In this document: piece after piece, positions 1-9,046 of the stretch
How positions within the stretch are numbered: the stretch's first letter is position 1
Layout: each line of letters opens with the position of its first letter
Assembly: GCA_965116905.1 (NCBI GenBank)
Contig: OZ220732.1
Location: 3,584,001-3,648,000, forward strand
Length of the DNA stretch: 64,000 nucleotides
From: Longimicrobiales bacterium
GTDB lineage: Bacteria; Gemmatimonadota; Gemmatimonadetes; Longimicrobiales; Gaopeijiaceae
Reading direction: 5' to 3'
The notes under the pieces: model-generated
Told to the model about the DNA's origin: nothing
Database searches by the model: none
Seen by the model: the letters and a program-made list of their open reading frames with translations, nothing else
Made by a program: the position numbers and the translations under genes

Positions 1-1247
1 ATGCCCAGGAGGCGCGGCGGCGGTGGGAGCGCATGTGCCAGATCCGCGCGGAGAAGTTCGATCTGGTGCTGCCCGGCGCCATGCACGACAACGACCTCGA
101 CATGTGGATCGTGGTCATGCGCGAGGGCCTGCTCGACCCCCTGTGGGACGCGCTCGGGCGCGGCTACGTGGGCGACTGGGCGTACTACGTCTTTACCGAC
201 CGCGGTGAGCGCACCGAGCGCGCGGCGCTGGGCGTGGGCGGCTACATGCTGGAACAGTGCGGCGTCTACGATCACTTCGGGAGCGCGGCGTCGCTGGCCG
301 AATACGTGGCCGAACGCGACCCCGAGCGCATCGGCGTGAACATGGCCGCCTCGATCGGTGGCGCCGACGGGCTTTCGCACACGTCGTATCTGCACCTGCG
401 CGAGCTGCTGGGGGCGCCGTGGGCGGACCGGCTCGTGTCGGCGGAGCGCTTCGTGTCGGACTTCCGCGCGACCCGGACCGCCTCCGAGATCGCCGCCTTC
501 GCCGAGGCGGGCGAGATGAGCCGCGAGATCGCCGAGCGAGCCTTCTCCAACGAGGTCATCACGCCCGGCGTAACCGCCCTCGAGGACGTCGCGTGGTGGA
601 TGTGGGACCAGCTGCTCGCGCGCGGGCTCGATTCATCCTTCGACATGCCGTCCGTGTACATCACCGGCCCGGCCGGGATCGAGGCCACCTCGTCGGACCG
701 CATCATCCAGCGCGGCGACCTCCTCATGATCGACTGGGGCGTCGGATTCCTCGACTTCTATACCGACATGAAGCGGGTGGCGTACGTCCTGCGCGAGGGC
801 GAAACCGAGGCCCCGCCCGGGATCCAGCGCGCCTTCGACCGCGCCATGGAGGTGCGCGACGTCATGAAGGCGTCGATCAAGCCCGCCCCGACCGCACAGC
901 AGGCCCTCGACGCCACCTGGGCCGCAATCGAGGCCGCCGGCTTCAACCGGATCGGCTTCAACCAGCCCACCGACGACCCGGAGGTCACGGATGTCGTGAT
1001 CGGACCCCACTCGGTCGGCAACTGGGGCCACGGCATCGGCCCGTCACTGGCGTTCTTCAACCCAACGCAGCTCACCTACGAACTGCGCCCGGGCACCCTG
1101 ATCTCCGTGGAGCTATTCGCCTACACCGCCAACCCCGAGTGGGACAACGCCAAGGTGCGGATCCCCCTGGAGGACGACGCGGTCGTCACGGAGCGCGGCG
1201 TGGAGTGGCTGTACCCGGTGACCCAGCGGATCCTGCTGGTGAGGTAG
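1..1247 (+). CDS. M24 family metallopeptidase (Xaa-Pro aminopeptidase-like), 5'-partial
   Basis: The frame stays open upstream of the ATG at 33 to the window edge (AQEARRRWERMCQ...). M24 metal-ligand motifs: IDWG...YTDMKR, PHSVGNWGHG, ISVE, LEDD. Confidence 0.85.
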   Translation, partial: AQEARRRWERMCQIRAEKFDLVLPGAMHDNDLDMWIVVMREGLLDPLWDALGRGYVGDWAYYVFTDRGERTERAALGVGGYMLEQCGVYDHFGSAASLAEYVAERDPERIGVNMAASIGGADGLSHTSYLHLRELLGAPWADRLVSAERFVSDFRATRTASEIAAFAEAGEMSREIAERAFSNEVITPGVTALEDVAWWMWDQLLARGLDSSFDMPSVYITGPAGIEATSSDRIIQRGDLLMIDWGVGFLDFYTDMKRVAYVLREGETEAPPGIQRAFDRAMEVRDVMKASIKPAPTAQQALDATWAAIEAAGFNRIGFNQPTDDPEVTDVVIGPHSVGNWGHGIGPSLAFFNPTQLTYELRPGTLISVELFAYTANPEWDNAKVRIPLEDDAVVTERGVEWLYPVTQRILLVR

Positions 1248-1259
1248 GACACAGACCCC

Positions 1260-1299
1260 TCAGCGCAACGGCGGCACGGTCAGCGCAGCGGCGGCACGA
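1260..1299. repeat. 20-bp tandem duplication including the stop codon of the M8-like gene
   Basis: tcagcgcaacggcggcacgg followed by tcagcgcagcggcggcacga. Confidence 0.8.
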
Positions 1300-3481
1300 T
1301 CCGCACCAAACGCCCTTTCTGGTCGAACACGCGGACCGGGATCCGGGCGATATCGTTGCTCAGATCGATCACCGGCCCCGTGGCCTGGGCGGCAGCGTCG
1401 GGCGCTCCCGACCCAGTGACCCGGTAGGATTCCGCCGCGCTCAGGTTAACCCCATAGCCCAGGTCGGCCATCGACTCGATCGTGATCCTGCTCAGCGGTT
1501 CCCGGCCAATGGTAAGGAAGGGCGTCATCAGCTCAGCTTCGAGGACCGATTCCCTCCAATGTGAATCCGCCGAGCCCTGGCGTCCTCCACTCTCGACGGG
1601 AACCTTGGCCCCCCTGTACGACCGGCCTCCGCTCGCGTCAAACGCCGACCGCGCAAGCGGCCCGACGAAGTGGGTATCGGCGTTCGAGTTTCCGGAGCGC
1701 GAGGGGTTGCGAAGGAGATCATGGTCGCCCCACAGCGTGCCGAAGCCCAGGACGTGCGCGTATTCGTGAGTGACGGTGTTGACGAGCGCGCCCTGGGCCT
1801 CCAGGCGGTTGACGTCGTCCTCGTCCAGTTCGATGAAGCCTCTGAGTGCCTCCTTATAGATCGTGTCGGACGCTTCAAACCGGATTAGACGCTGGCTGCA
1901 GGGAGCCGCCCGTCCGAGAATCCCACCCGCCCCGTCGATCGAGTCGATCGTGATGTAGATGCGAATGTCGTCAATCACTTCGCCCGCCGCGATCGCAGGT
2001 GATCCCGGCCCGCAAGCACCGGCAGGAACAGCCTCCTGGTAGGTGAGATCGTCGGCGCCTCGCACGATGACCGACTCCCATCGCTTGGCCGCATCCCGCA
2101 TCACCTGGTCCTGCGCGGCCGTTCCGCCGTCGAGGAACACCAGTTCGATGTCGAAGGGCTCCACAGGCTTTCCGCCGACCGTCACGGTGAGCGTCGAGGG
2201 ACCGAATTCGGTGAACGCGTGAACCGCGACGTGATAGGTCCCCATTCGCGTCGGCACCATCTGGCACAGTTCATCCGAAGCGGCGTTGCCACTCAGGCAC
2301 CGGTACTTGTAGTGGTGGTCCGGCCGGGAATCGTAGTGGACGAACATGTCGGCATCGCCCGACCCTCCCGACAACTCGACATTGAGGGCTTCGTCGGAGG
2401 CCTCGGTGATGTCGATCCGGAAGAGGAGCACCTCGTTCACCGTGGACGAGGAAACGGTTACGGCCTGTCCCAGCGCAATCGCCTCCTGGTGCAGGACCGT
2501 GAGCTGCTTTTCGCCCGTGTTGTTGGCCCTCTCCCACTCGTCGATACCGCCGTCGGGGTCAATGACGACCGCGAGACGGCGCGTCCCCTGGTCGAACGGA
2601 CCCGCCGCCGCAAAGCTCACGTGCACCGTGTCCTCCGACTGCAGTTGCGCCACCTGAACCGTCTCGAGGACAGCTCCGTCCACCAGAAGACTCACGGCGA
2701 AGCTGTCCGGACTCTGGCCATCGCCCTTGTTTCCGATGAGCGCGCCGACCTCGATCATCTCGAGCGTACTGGGCTCCTCCCGCGACACGTCGAACCGCTC
2801 GACGCTCAGATCCGGCAGCGGGTTGTCCGACGTGGCTCTTGCGGCGGCGATGTTCTGGACGCCTCCCGGGGCCCAGATCGTCAGGGACTGCGCGCCGAAC
2901 TTGCCGCCGAGCGTCCATGTCGTCGAAGCCTGCCCCTGGTCGTCCGTCACCACCGAATCCGGGCTTGCCGAACCGCTCTCCGCACTGGGCCTGAAGACCA
3001 CGGGCAGACCCGACACGCCAAAGCCTCCCCGGTCCTCCACCTGGACCACCAGCGGCTCGGGCAGGGGTTCGTTCCTCAGCGCCTCCTGGTTGTTCCCCGA
3101 CACGATCCCGACCGCCGATGCCCGCTGCTGCACCGTCACCTGGGCCGTCGCGCTGATGTCCGCAGTGCTGGCCGTCAGCGTGGCCATGCCGTTCCCCACG
3201 GCCGTCACCGAACCGTTGGCGTCGACGGTGAAGACGCTGTCGTCGGAACCCGACCACGTCACCGTGACCGCCATCGACGAGCCAAACTGGTCGCGCACGT
3301 TCGCACTGAATGGCGTGGCCTGGGTGATGTAGGTGAGCGTCGCGGACGCCGGCTCGATCGTGATCGTCGCGGGGCGCGGAGGCTCGGGCGGCGTTACCGG
3401 ACCCGTGTCCCCACCGCCGCAACCCGCAACCGCGGCCAGAAGGAGCGTGCGTGCGACGAGCGTGGGCGCGGAGGTCTTCAT
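1280..3481 (-). CDS. Lipoprotein zinc metalloprotease: Ig-like/CARDB/PPC domains plus leishmanolysin (M8)-like catalytic domain
   Basis: Lipobox LAAVAGC; Big-like repeats; CARDB-like PDLSV...IDEWERANN; PPC-like GGSGDADMFV; HEYAHVLGFG, SHWRE and ELMT motifs. ATG at 3481 follows GAGG. Confidence 0.8.
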   Translation of the reverse strand: MKTSAPTLVARTLLLAAVAGCGGGDTGPVTPPEPPRPATITIEPASATLTYITQATPFSANVRDQFGSSMAVTVTWSGSDDSVFTVDANGSVTAVGNGMATLTASTADISATAQVTVQQRASAVGIVSGNNQEALRNEPLPEPLVVQVEDRGGFGVSGLPVVFRPSAESGSASPDSVVTDDQGQASTTWTLGGKFGAQSLTIWAPGGVQNIAAARATSDNPLPDLSVERFDVSREEPSTLEMIEVGALIGNKGDGQSPDSFAVSLLVDGAVLETVQVAQLQSEDTVHVSFAAAGPFDQGTRRLAVVIDPDGGIDEWERANNTGEKQLTVLHQEAIALGQAVTVSSSTVNEVLLFRIDITEASDEALNVELSGGSGDADMFVHYDSRPDHHYKYRCLSGNAASDELCQMVPTRMGTYHVAVHAFTEFGPSTLTVTVGGKPVEPFDIELVFLDGGTAAQDQVMRDAAKRWESVIVRGADDLTYQEAVPAGACGPGSPAIAAGEVIDDIRIYITIDSIDGAGGILGRAAPCSQRLIRFEASDTIYKEALRGFIELDEDDVNRLEAQGALVNTVTHEYAHVLGFGTLWGDHDLLRNPSRSGNSNADTHFVGPLARSAFDASGGRSYRGAKVPVESGGRQGSADSHWRESVLEAELMTPFLTIGREPLSRITIESMADLGYGVNLSAAESYRVTGSGAPDAAAQATGPVIDLSNDIARIPVRVFDQKGRLVRIVPPLR

Positions 3482-3500
3482 GTTGGCAATCCTCAAGACG

Positions 3501-3538
3501 AGCGATGGTTCCCGTCAACAGCGATGGTTCCCGTCAAT
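3501..3538. repeat. 19-bp tandem repeat x2 upstream of the metalloprotease
   Basis: agcgatggttcccgtcaac / agcgatggttcccgtcaat; each copy contains TTGACG on the minus strand. Confidence 0.85.
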
Positions 3539-3610
3539 ATAGTGCGCCATGGGGACTACGGACGAGAACTTGCGGCGCAGGATCCGGGGTCAGCGGGCCC
3601 GGCGGAAGCA

Positions 3611-3638
3611 AGATACTTAACCAAAGTGTTTAGTGTTG
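3611..3638 (+). repeat. Left 28-bp dif-like/tyrosine-recombinase-type site (11-6-11)
   Basis: agatacttaac-caaagt-gtttagtgttg; an inverted copy lies at 5182-5209. Confidence 0.7.
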
Positions 3639-3798
3639 GCCTGGCGAGCGCCCCGTGAGTCGGCTCCTCGTTCCCCAGCCGACCGGTTCCGTCCAGCCAG
3701 GACGCCTTGCGATACGCTACCCGAACATTTCCCGAACTGTGGGGTATAAGGAGGTGAGAACACAACGCGCCCACCCCTGACCTCGGGATCAGACAAGC

Positions 3799-5190
3799 AT
3801 GCCTACTTCCTCTACTTCCCCCGCCGCCGGCCAGCCCGCCCCTTCCCCCTCCTCCAACCCCAACTCGCTCGCCGATCCGCTCGGCGACGAGATCGCCACG
3901 CTCTGCGCGCACATCAACGCCGCCACCTACCGGCTCCTCTGCCTGCTCAGGACCTACGACGAGGAGGGGCGCTGGCAGGGCTTCCGCTCCTGCGCCCACT
4001 GGCTCTCCTGGCGCACCGGCATCTCGATCGGGCCCGCCCGCGAGAAGATGCGCGTCGCCCGCTGCCTCGCCTCCCTGCCCCGGATCTCCAAGGCTTTGTC
4101 CAGGGGGAAGCTCTCCTACTCGAAGGCGCGGGCCCTGACCCGCGTCGCCACGCCCGAGAACGAGGAGGAACTCCTCACCTTCGCCGACCACGGCACCACC
4201 GCCCACGTCGAGCGCCTCGTCCGCAACCTGCGCAGGCTGAGCCGGAGCGAGGACGACCAGGCCGAGAGCGCCGAGCGCCGGCACCTCTACCTCTACACCG
4301 CCGACGACGGCAACTACGAGATCCGCGGCCGGCTCAGCCCCGAAGTGGGCAGCATGCTCCTCCGGGCGCTCGAGGTGGCCGAACGGAAGCTCTACCGCGA
4401 GCAGCGCGAGGCCGGCACCCACAAAAAGACCACCGCCAACCAGCGCCGGGCCGACGCCCTGGGGCTGTGGCTGGAGGAGCAAGTGAAGCCCGAGGTCCAG
4501 CTTGTCGTCCACTCGTTCGAGGGGGGTGGCGCCAGCGACGGCGTGGCGGGAGGCGCGCCGGGAGGCGCCGCGGCCGGCGTGGTCACGGAAGAGGGCGTGC
4601 GCGTTTCAGCTGAAACGTCTTTGCGGCTCGCCAGCGACGCGGAAGTCGTGCCGATCAGGCGGGATAGGAGAGGCTGCGTGCTCGACGTGGGACGGCGGCG
4701 GCGGACCGTGGACTGGCGGCTCCGCAAGGCACTGGACGCGCGCGACGGCGGCTGCCGCTTCCCCGGATGCGGATCGCGGCTCCGCACCCACGCCCACCAC
4801 ATCCTCCCCTGGGCCAAAGGCGGCGACACGGCCATGGACAACCTCGTGCTGCTGTGTCCGTTGCATCACCGCGCGGTCCACGAGGGGGGTTGGCAGGTGG
4901 AGATGGACGAGGGGGGCGTGCCGCGGTTCTTCAATCCGCTGGGGGTGCGCATGCCTGTGGCTCCCGAGGCCCCGGACATCGGCGGCTTGCTGCCCGACGG
5001 CAACGGGGAGGCGGCCCCGGCGAACCGCCCGCCACCCGCACCGCAGGACTTCGGGCTCACCCGCTGGCACGACCGGCCGGACATCGAGGTCTGGCCCGGA
5101 ACCACCCTGTGGCACGGCGAACGCATCGACTGGAACTGGGCGCTCGACTGGTTCCTGAGTGAGGAGGGCGGCGGCGCGGGCGTACGCTAA
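3799..5190 (+). CDS. DUF222-domain HNH endonuclease (13E12-repeat family-like)
   Basis: N-terminal G.RSCAHWL...ARE.MRVAR.L; QRRADAL; C-terminal RDGGCRFPGC...HAHHI.PW..GG.T.MDNLVLLCPLHHRAVH. Confidence 0.9.
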   Translation: MPTSSTSPAAGQPAPSPSSNPNSLADPLGDEIATLCAHINAATYRLLCLLRTYDEEGRWQGFRSCAHWLSWRTGISIGPAREKMRVARCLASLPRISKALSRGKLSYSKARALTRVATPENEEELLTFADHGTTAHVERLVRNLRRLSRSEDDQAESAERRHLYLYTADDGNYEIRGRLSPEVGSMLLRALEVAERKLYREQREAGTHKKTTANQRRADALGLWLEEQVKPEVQLVVHSFEGGGASDGVAGGAPGGAAAGVVTEEGVRVSAETSLRLASDAEVVPIRRDRRGCVLDVGRRRRTVDWRLRKALDARDGGCRFPGCGSRLRTHAHHILPWAKGGDTAMDNLVLLCPLHHRAVHEGGWQVEMDEGGVPRFFNPLGVRMPVAPEAPDIGGLLPDGNGEAAPANRPPPAPQDFGLTRWHDRPDIEVWPGTTLWHGERIDWNWALDWFLSEEGGGAGVR

Positions 5191-5209
5191 ACAATATTGT
5201 TAAGTATCG
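5182..5209 (-). repeat. Right 28-bp dif-like site, overlapping the HNH stop codon
   Basis: Reverse complement is cgatacttaac-aatatt-gtttagcgtac; arms match the left site 10/11 and 8/11. Confidence 0.7.
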
Positions 5210-5224
5210 ACCCCGGCCACTCCC

Positions 5225-5923
5225 TCAGCTCCGCCGCCGCCTCTCCAGGTACACCGGCAGGTAAAGCAGCCCGAAGAAGACCGCGGCCGCCGCCTCCAGC
5301 TTGAGCAGATACCACGGCCAGGGCAGGAAGATGAAGGGTGACGCGGTGTCCGGGACCGCGCACAGGTACATGTAGTTGCTGTCCAGCAGCAGGTTGACCG
5401 GCGTCAGGACGGCGGCCATGACGTTCAGTGCGACGAACGCTCTGACCAGCGACCTGAAGTTGGGCCGCATCCCCAGCCCGAAAGTGGCGAACAGCGCTGC
5501 GACTACGATGGCCCCGTGGGAGATGAAGTACTGGAAGAAGAGGTAGTGCGGAAAGCCCTCGGACAGCTCCGGCGTCACCATTGCGTTCGTGGCGCCCGCG
5601 AGTCCCCAGAAGTAGACGAGATCGAAGGTCCACCGCCGGCGGAAGAGCAGCATCGCCGCCGACAGCAGGATGGTCATCCCACAGACGTGGAGCGGCAGGT
5701 GCTCGCGGACGAACACCTCGCCGCCCTCCGTGGCGTACCGGTAGATCCAGCCCACGGACTGGTTGGCCAGCAACACGACGGCCAGACCGATGCACAGCCC
5801 CCGCGTGACCCGGCGCGAACCGGAACGCCGCGCCACGGTCGTCACGACGGCGGCAACCGCCACCATCAGCACCATGGCAGCGATGTGGGGCGGGCCAAAA
5901 AGCTGAAAGGGAGGGGCGGACAT
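5225..5923 (-). CDS. TIGR02206/YwaF family integral membrane protein
   Basis: FQLFGPPH, LPLHVC, YFISHG and NYMYL motifs; multiple TM helices. Confidence 0.8.
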   Translation of the reverse strand: MSAPPFQLFGPPHIAAMVLMVAVAAVVTTVARRSGSRRVTRGLCIGLAVVLLANQSVGWIYRYATEGGEVFVREHLPLHVCGMTILLSAAMLLFRRRWTFDLVYFWGLAGATNAMVTPELSEGFPHYLFFQYFISHGAIVVAALFATFGLGMRPNFRSLVRAFVALNVMAAVLTPVNLLLDSNYMYLCAVPDTASPFIFLPWPWYLLKLEAAAAVFFGLLYLPVYLERRRRS

Positions 5924-5986
5924 CGGCCCAAGCTAACGGCCCGGCTCGCGCCCGCGCACGGACGCTGGACGCCACTGCGGCTGCAG

Positions 5987-6715
5987 CTACTGCGGAGTGG
6001 GTGTCGGATCCCCCACCCAGGTACCCCGTCCGCCCATCGCGGCCACGCGAAACCTCAGCCGGTGGCGGGCGGCGAAGCGCAGGGCCTTGTCCTGTACCAC
6101 GCCGCCGCCAATGCATCGTGCCTGGTCCCAGCTCACGGTGCGGAGCGGCGTCAGGCCCCTCTTGCGCTGCGGATCGGCGGGGAACACCCCGTCCACGTCC
6201 TTGACCAGGCGGATTTCGGACGCGCCGAGAGCGTGACCGAGGAAGAGCGCGGTCAGGTCGGAGCCGCCGCGCCCGAGCAGCGAGGGCACGCCGGTCACGT
6301 CGACCCCGACGAAGCCGGGGACCACGATCACGTCCGCACACGCGAACGCCGCGGCGATTCGGCGGGTGTCGACGGCCACGGGGTCGGCGTCCCTGATCGC
6401 GCCGCGGGTGCGCACGCACAACTGCGCGGCGGTGAATCCGGCGGACGGCACACCGACATCCGCCAGCGCGATCCGCAGAAGCGCCACCGACGCCTCCTCG
6501 CCCGTGGCGAGAAGTGCGGCCACGAGGGCGTCCCGGGGCTCGGTCGCCACGGCCTTCGCGGTGGAAAGCAGAGACTCGGTCGTGTTGCCCATCGCCGACA
6601 CGACGGCAATCACCTTGCGGCCGTGGGCCACCTCCTGCCTCACGTGTTCAGCGACGCGCCGATAGCCCACCTGCCCCGCGAGCACGGAGGAGCCGAACTT
6701 GACCACCGCGGTCAC
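5987..6715 (-). CDS. Aspartate kinase-like protein (amino-acid kinase domain only)
   Basis: VVKFGSS, VVSAMG.TT, LGRGGSDLTA and KDVDGVF.ADP; no ACT domain; GTGA overlap with the metB stop. Confidence 0.8.
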   Translation of the reverse strand: MTAVVKFGSSVLAGQVGYRRVAEHVRQEVAHGRKVIAVVSAMGNTTESLLSTAKAVATEPRDALVAALLATGEEASVALLRIALADVGVPSAGFTAAQLCVRTRGAIRDADPVAVDTRRIAAAFACADVIVVPGFVGVDVTGVPSLLGRGGSDLTALFLGHALGASEIRLVKDVDGVFPADPQRKRGLTPLRTVSWDQARCIGGGVVQDKALRFAARHRLRFRVAAMGGRGTWVGDPTPTPQ

Positions 6716-7890
6716 GCCGCCTGGCACACAACCTCCTCCACGCGGGCGAGGGCGCGCTCCAGGTCGGCCACCAGGTCATCCGCCGACTCGATCCCGACCG
6801 ACAGCCGCAGCAGGCCCTCACGGATCCCGGCGACGATCTGGGCGTGCTGGTCCATCGACGCGTGCGTCATTGTCGCGGGATGCGCGATCAGGCTCTCGAC
6901 GCCCCCGAGCGACTCGGCCAGCGCGAAGTGCTCGAGCCCGCTGGCGAACGTCTCGACCGCCTCGCGACCGCCGCGCAGCTCGAACGAGATCAGGCTGCCC
7001 CATCCCAGCTGCTGCCGGCGGGCGGTCTCGTGGCCGGGATGCCCCGCCAGACTGGGGTGGTTCACGCGGGAAACGACGTCGCTGCTCGTGAGGAGATCGA
7101 CGACGCGAAGCGCGTTGTGCTCGTGGGCGCGGACGCGGGCGTGCAGCGTGCGGATTCCGCGCAGGGTCAGGTACGAATCGAAGGGCGCGCCGGCCACCCC
7201 CATCGCGTTGGTCCACCACGCCACGTCCTCGAACAGCTCCTCGTCCGCCGCGATCACCGCGCCTCCGACCACGTCGCTGTGTCCGTTCATGAACTTGGTG
7301 GTCGAATGGACGACGAGATCCGCCCCGAAGTCGAGCGGCCGCTGGTTGACCGGGGACAGGAAGGTGTTGTCCACCACGCAAACCGCGCCGATCTCCCGTG
7401 CCAGACGGGCCCACGCCGCGATGTCGGTAATCCGCAGCAGCGGATTGCTCGGCGTTTCGATCCAGATCATGCGCGGCCGCATCGCCCGCGCACGCGCCTT
7501 GGCGCCCGCCGCCGTCTGGTCCACGAAACGCACCTCGTACGACCCGCGCGCCGCCTCGGCCGAGAACAGGCGATGGCTGCCCCCGTAACAGTCGTGCGGG
7601 GCCAGCAGCAGATCACCGGCGCTCAGCAGCCGCGTGACGACCGCAATCGCCGACATGCCCGAAGACGTGACCACCGCGCCGCATCCGCCCTCCAGTTCGG
7701 CGATCGCGTCGGCGGCGAGGTCGCGGGTGGGGTTGCCACTCCGAGTGTAGTCGTACTTGGCGTAGACGCCGGGCGACTCGAATTGGAAGTTCGACGACAG
7801 GTGGATGGGCGGCATGACGGAACGGTGTCCCGGGTCGGCGCAGAGTCCGGCGCGGACCGCGCGGGTGACAGGGGAAGGGCTGCGGTTCAT
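6712..7890 (-). CDS. metB: Cystathionine gamma-synthase
   Basis: YDYTRSGNPTR, ETPSNPLL, DNTF, HSTTKFMNGHSD (PLP lysine), AESLGGVESL; ATGA overlap with metX. Confidence 0.9.
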   Translation of the reverse strand: MNRSPSPVTRAVRAGLCADPGHRSVMPPIHLSSNFQFESPGVYAKYDYTRSGNPTRDLAADAIAELEGGCGAVVTSSGMSAIAVVTRLLSAGDLLLAPHDCYGGSHRLFSAEAARGSYEVRFVDQTAAGAKARARAMRPRMIWIETPSNPLLRITDIAAWARLAREIGAVCVVDNTFLSPVNQRPLDFGADLVVHSTTKFMNGHSDVVGGAVIAADEELFEDVAWWTNAMGVAGAPFDSYLTLRGIRTLHARVRAHEHNALRVVDLLTSSDVVSRVNHPSLAGHPGHETARRQQLGWGSLISFELRGGREAVETFASGLEHFALAESLGGVESLIAHPATMTHASMDQHAQIVAGIREGLLRLSVGIESADDLVADLERALARVEEVVCQAA

Positions 7891-8957
7891 CGGGGTGCCT
7901 CCTCTTCGTCGAGGCCCAGGGTGATTTGCCGTGCGACTTCCCCGGTTTCCTTGAGGAAGGCGTCGTGGCCGAACAATGAGGGAATGGTGACGTGGCGGAC
8001 GGGACTGCGGCCGTGACGCGCGGGGGGCCGCGCCCGGCGTTGAGCGAGTTCGTCGACGAGCCAGGGCGGGACGATGACGTCGGTGTCGAACGAGACGACG
8101 AGCGCGTCGGCCGGGAGCGATTCGGGACGCGTGCCGTGGAGGTCGATCGACTCCGACAGCGCCAGGAATCGGTCGGTGTCGAAGACTTCGGCGAAGGCCG
8201 CGCCGCGGGAATCCAGGTACTCCTCGACAGGGAACCGCGACGGTGTATGGCCGGGGGTCGCCGGTGCGAGGGCGAAGGGGGAGAAGCGCGCTTCGAACTC
8301 GTCGATGCTTCGGTAGGTGGTCATCGCGAGGGCGCGGGCGAGGGCCAGGCCGCGCGCTGGCTGACCGGTCTCGGCGCCCAGGGTGGCGGCCGCGCGCTGT
8401 ACCGTGCGCACCGCGGTGGCCATGGGGTGGGTCCGATGGGCGGCGCCGAGGATGACGAGCTTCGAGGTGCGCGCGGGGAAGAGTTCGGCGAACGCGAGGG
8501 CCACCATGCCGCCGTAGGAAGCGCCGACCAGCGAGGTCGCCGCGATGCCGAGGTGGTCGAGCACGGCCGCGAGGGCCCGGGCCTGATCGTGGGTGGTCAC
8601 CGGGCGGAGGACGTCGTCTCCGCACGGGCCGCCGAGGAAATCCATGCCGATGAGCAGCCGGCGTGCCGGGTCGAGAGCGCCGCCCTGCTCCACCACTCCT
8701 CTCCACCAGCCCGGTTCCGGGTGCGCTGACGTCGGCGCGAGGTGCCTGCCCGCGGAGATTCCGCCCAGCACGACAGTCGGGGCGTGGTCGGGGCCCACCG
8801 CCTCGAAGTCCACCGGCACGCTGCGTGGCCCGAGGTGATCGAAGTCGATGCGGGTGCGGAGCGTCGCGCGGGTGGCAGGCGTCGGACGGGTGGCGGATGC
8901 CGCGCGAGCGGGAGCGGGAGCGAAGGAGAGAGCTGCGCCGGCGGGGAAACTGGGCAT
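7887..8957 (-). CDS. metX: Homoserine O-acyltransferase (MetX family alpha/beta hydrolase)
   Basis: LGGISAGRH, GWW, GASYGG nucleophile elbow, FGHDAFLKE. Confidence 0.85.
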   Translation of the reverse strand: MPSFPAGAALSFAPAPARAASATRPTPATRATLRTRIDFDHLGPRSVPVDFEAVGPDHAPTVVLGGISAGRHLAPTSAHPEPGWWRGVVEQGGALDPARRLLIGMDFLGGPCGDDVLRPVTTHDQARALAAVLDHLGIAATSLVGASYGGMVALAFAELFPARTSKLVILGAAHRTHPMATAVRTVQRAAATLGAETGQPARGLALARALAMTTYRSIDEFEARFSPFALAPATPGHTPSRFPVEEYLDSRGAAFAEVFDTDRFLALSESIDLHGTRPESLPADALVVSFDTDVIVPPWLVDELAQRRARPPARHGRSPVRHVTIPSLFGHDAFLKETGEVARQITLGLDEEEAPR

Positions 8958-9046
8958 CTTCGGTTCTCCGGGTCTGGACCTCTCATCGGACTCCGGAGAT
9001 TCGACACCCTGGTACTTCCGGCTACCGCTCCGAAGAGCGGTGGGCG

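Larger units (their letters stand above)
3611..5209. mobile_element. Putative site-bounded DUF222/HNH module
   Basis: A single HNH gene lies between inverted AT-rich sites and is opposite in strand to its neighbours. Confidence 0.55.

Noticed and set aside
3611..5209. Classical IS element or integron cassette
   Set aside because: No DDE/HUH transposase and no target-site duplication; the sites are inverted and far shorter than attC.
8960..8995. Hammerhead-like CCGATGAG...GAA in the metX leader
   Set aside because: The core should be CTGATGA with GAAA directly after stem II; neither holds.
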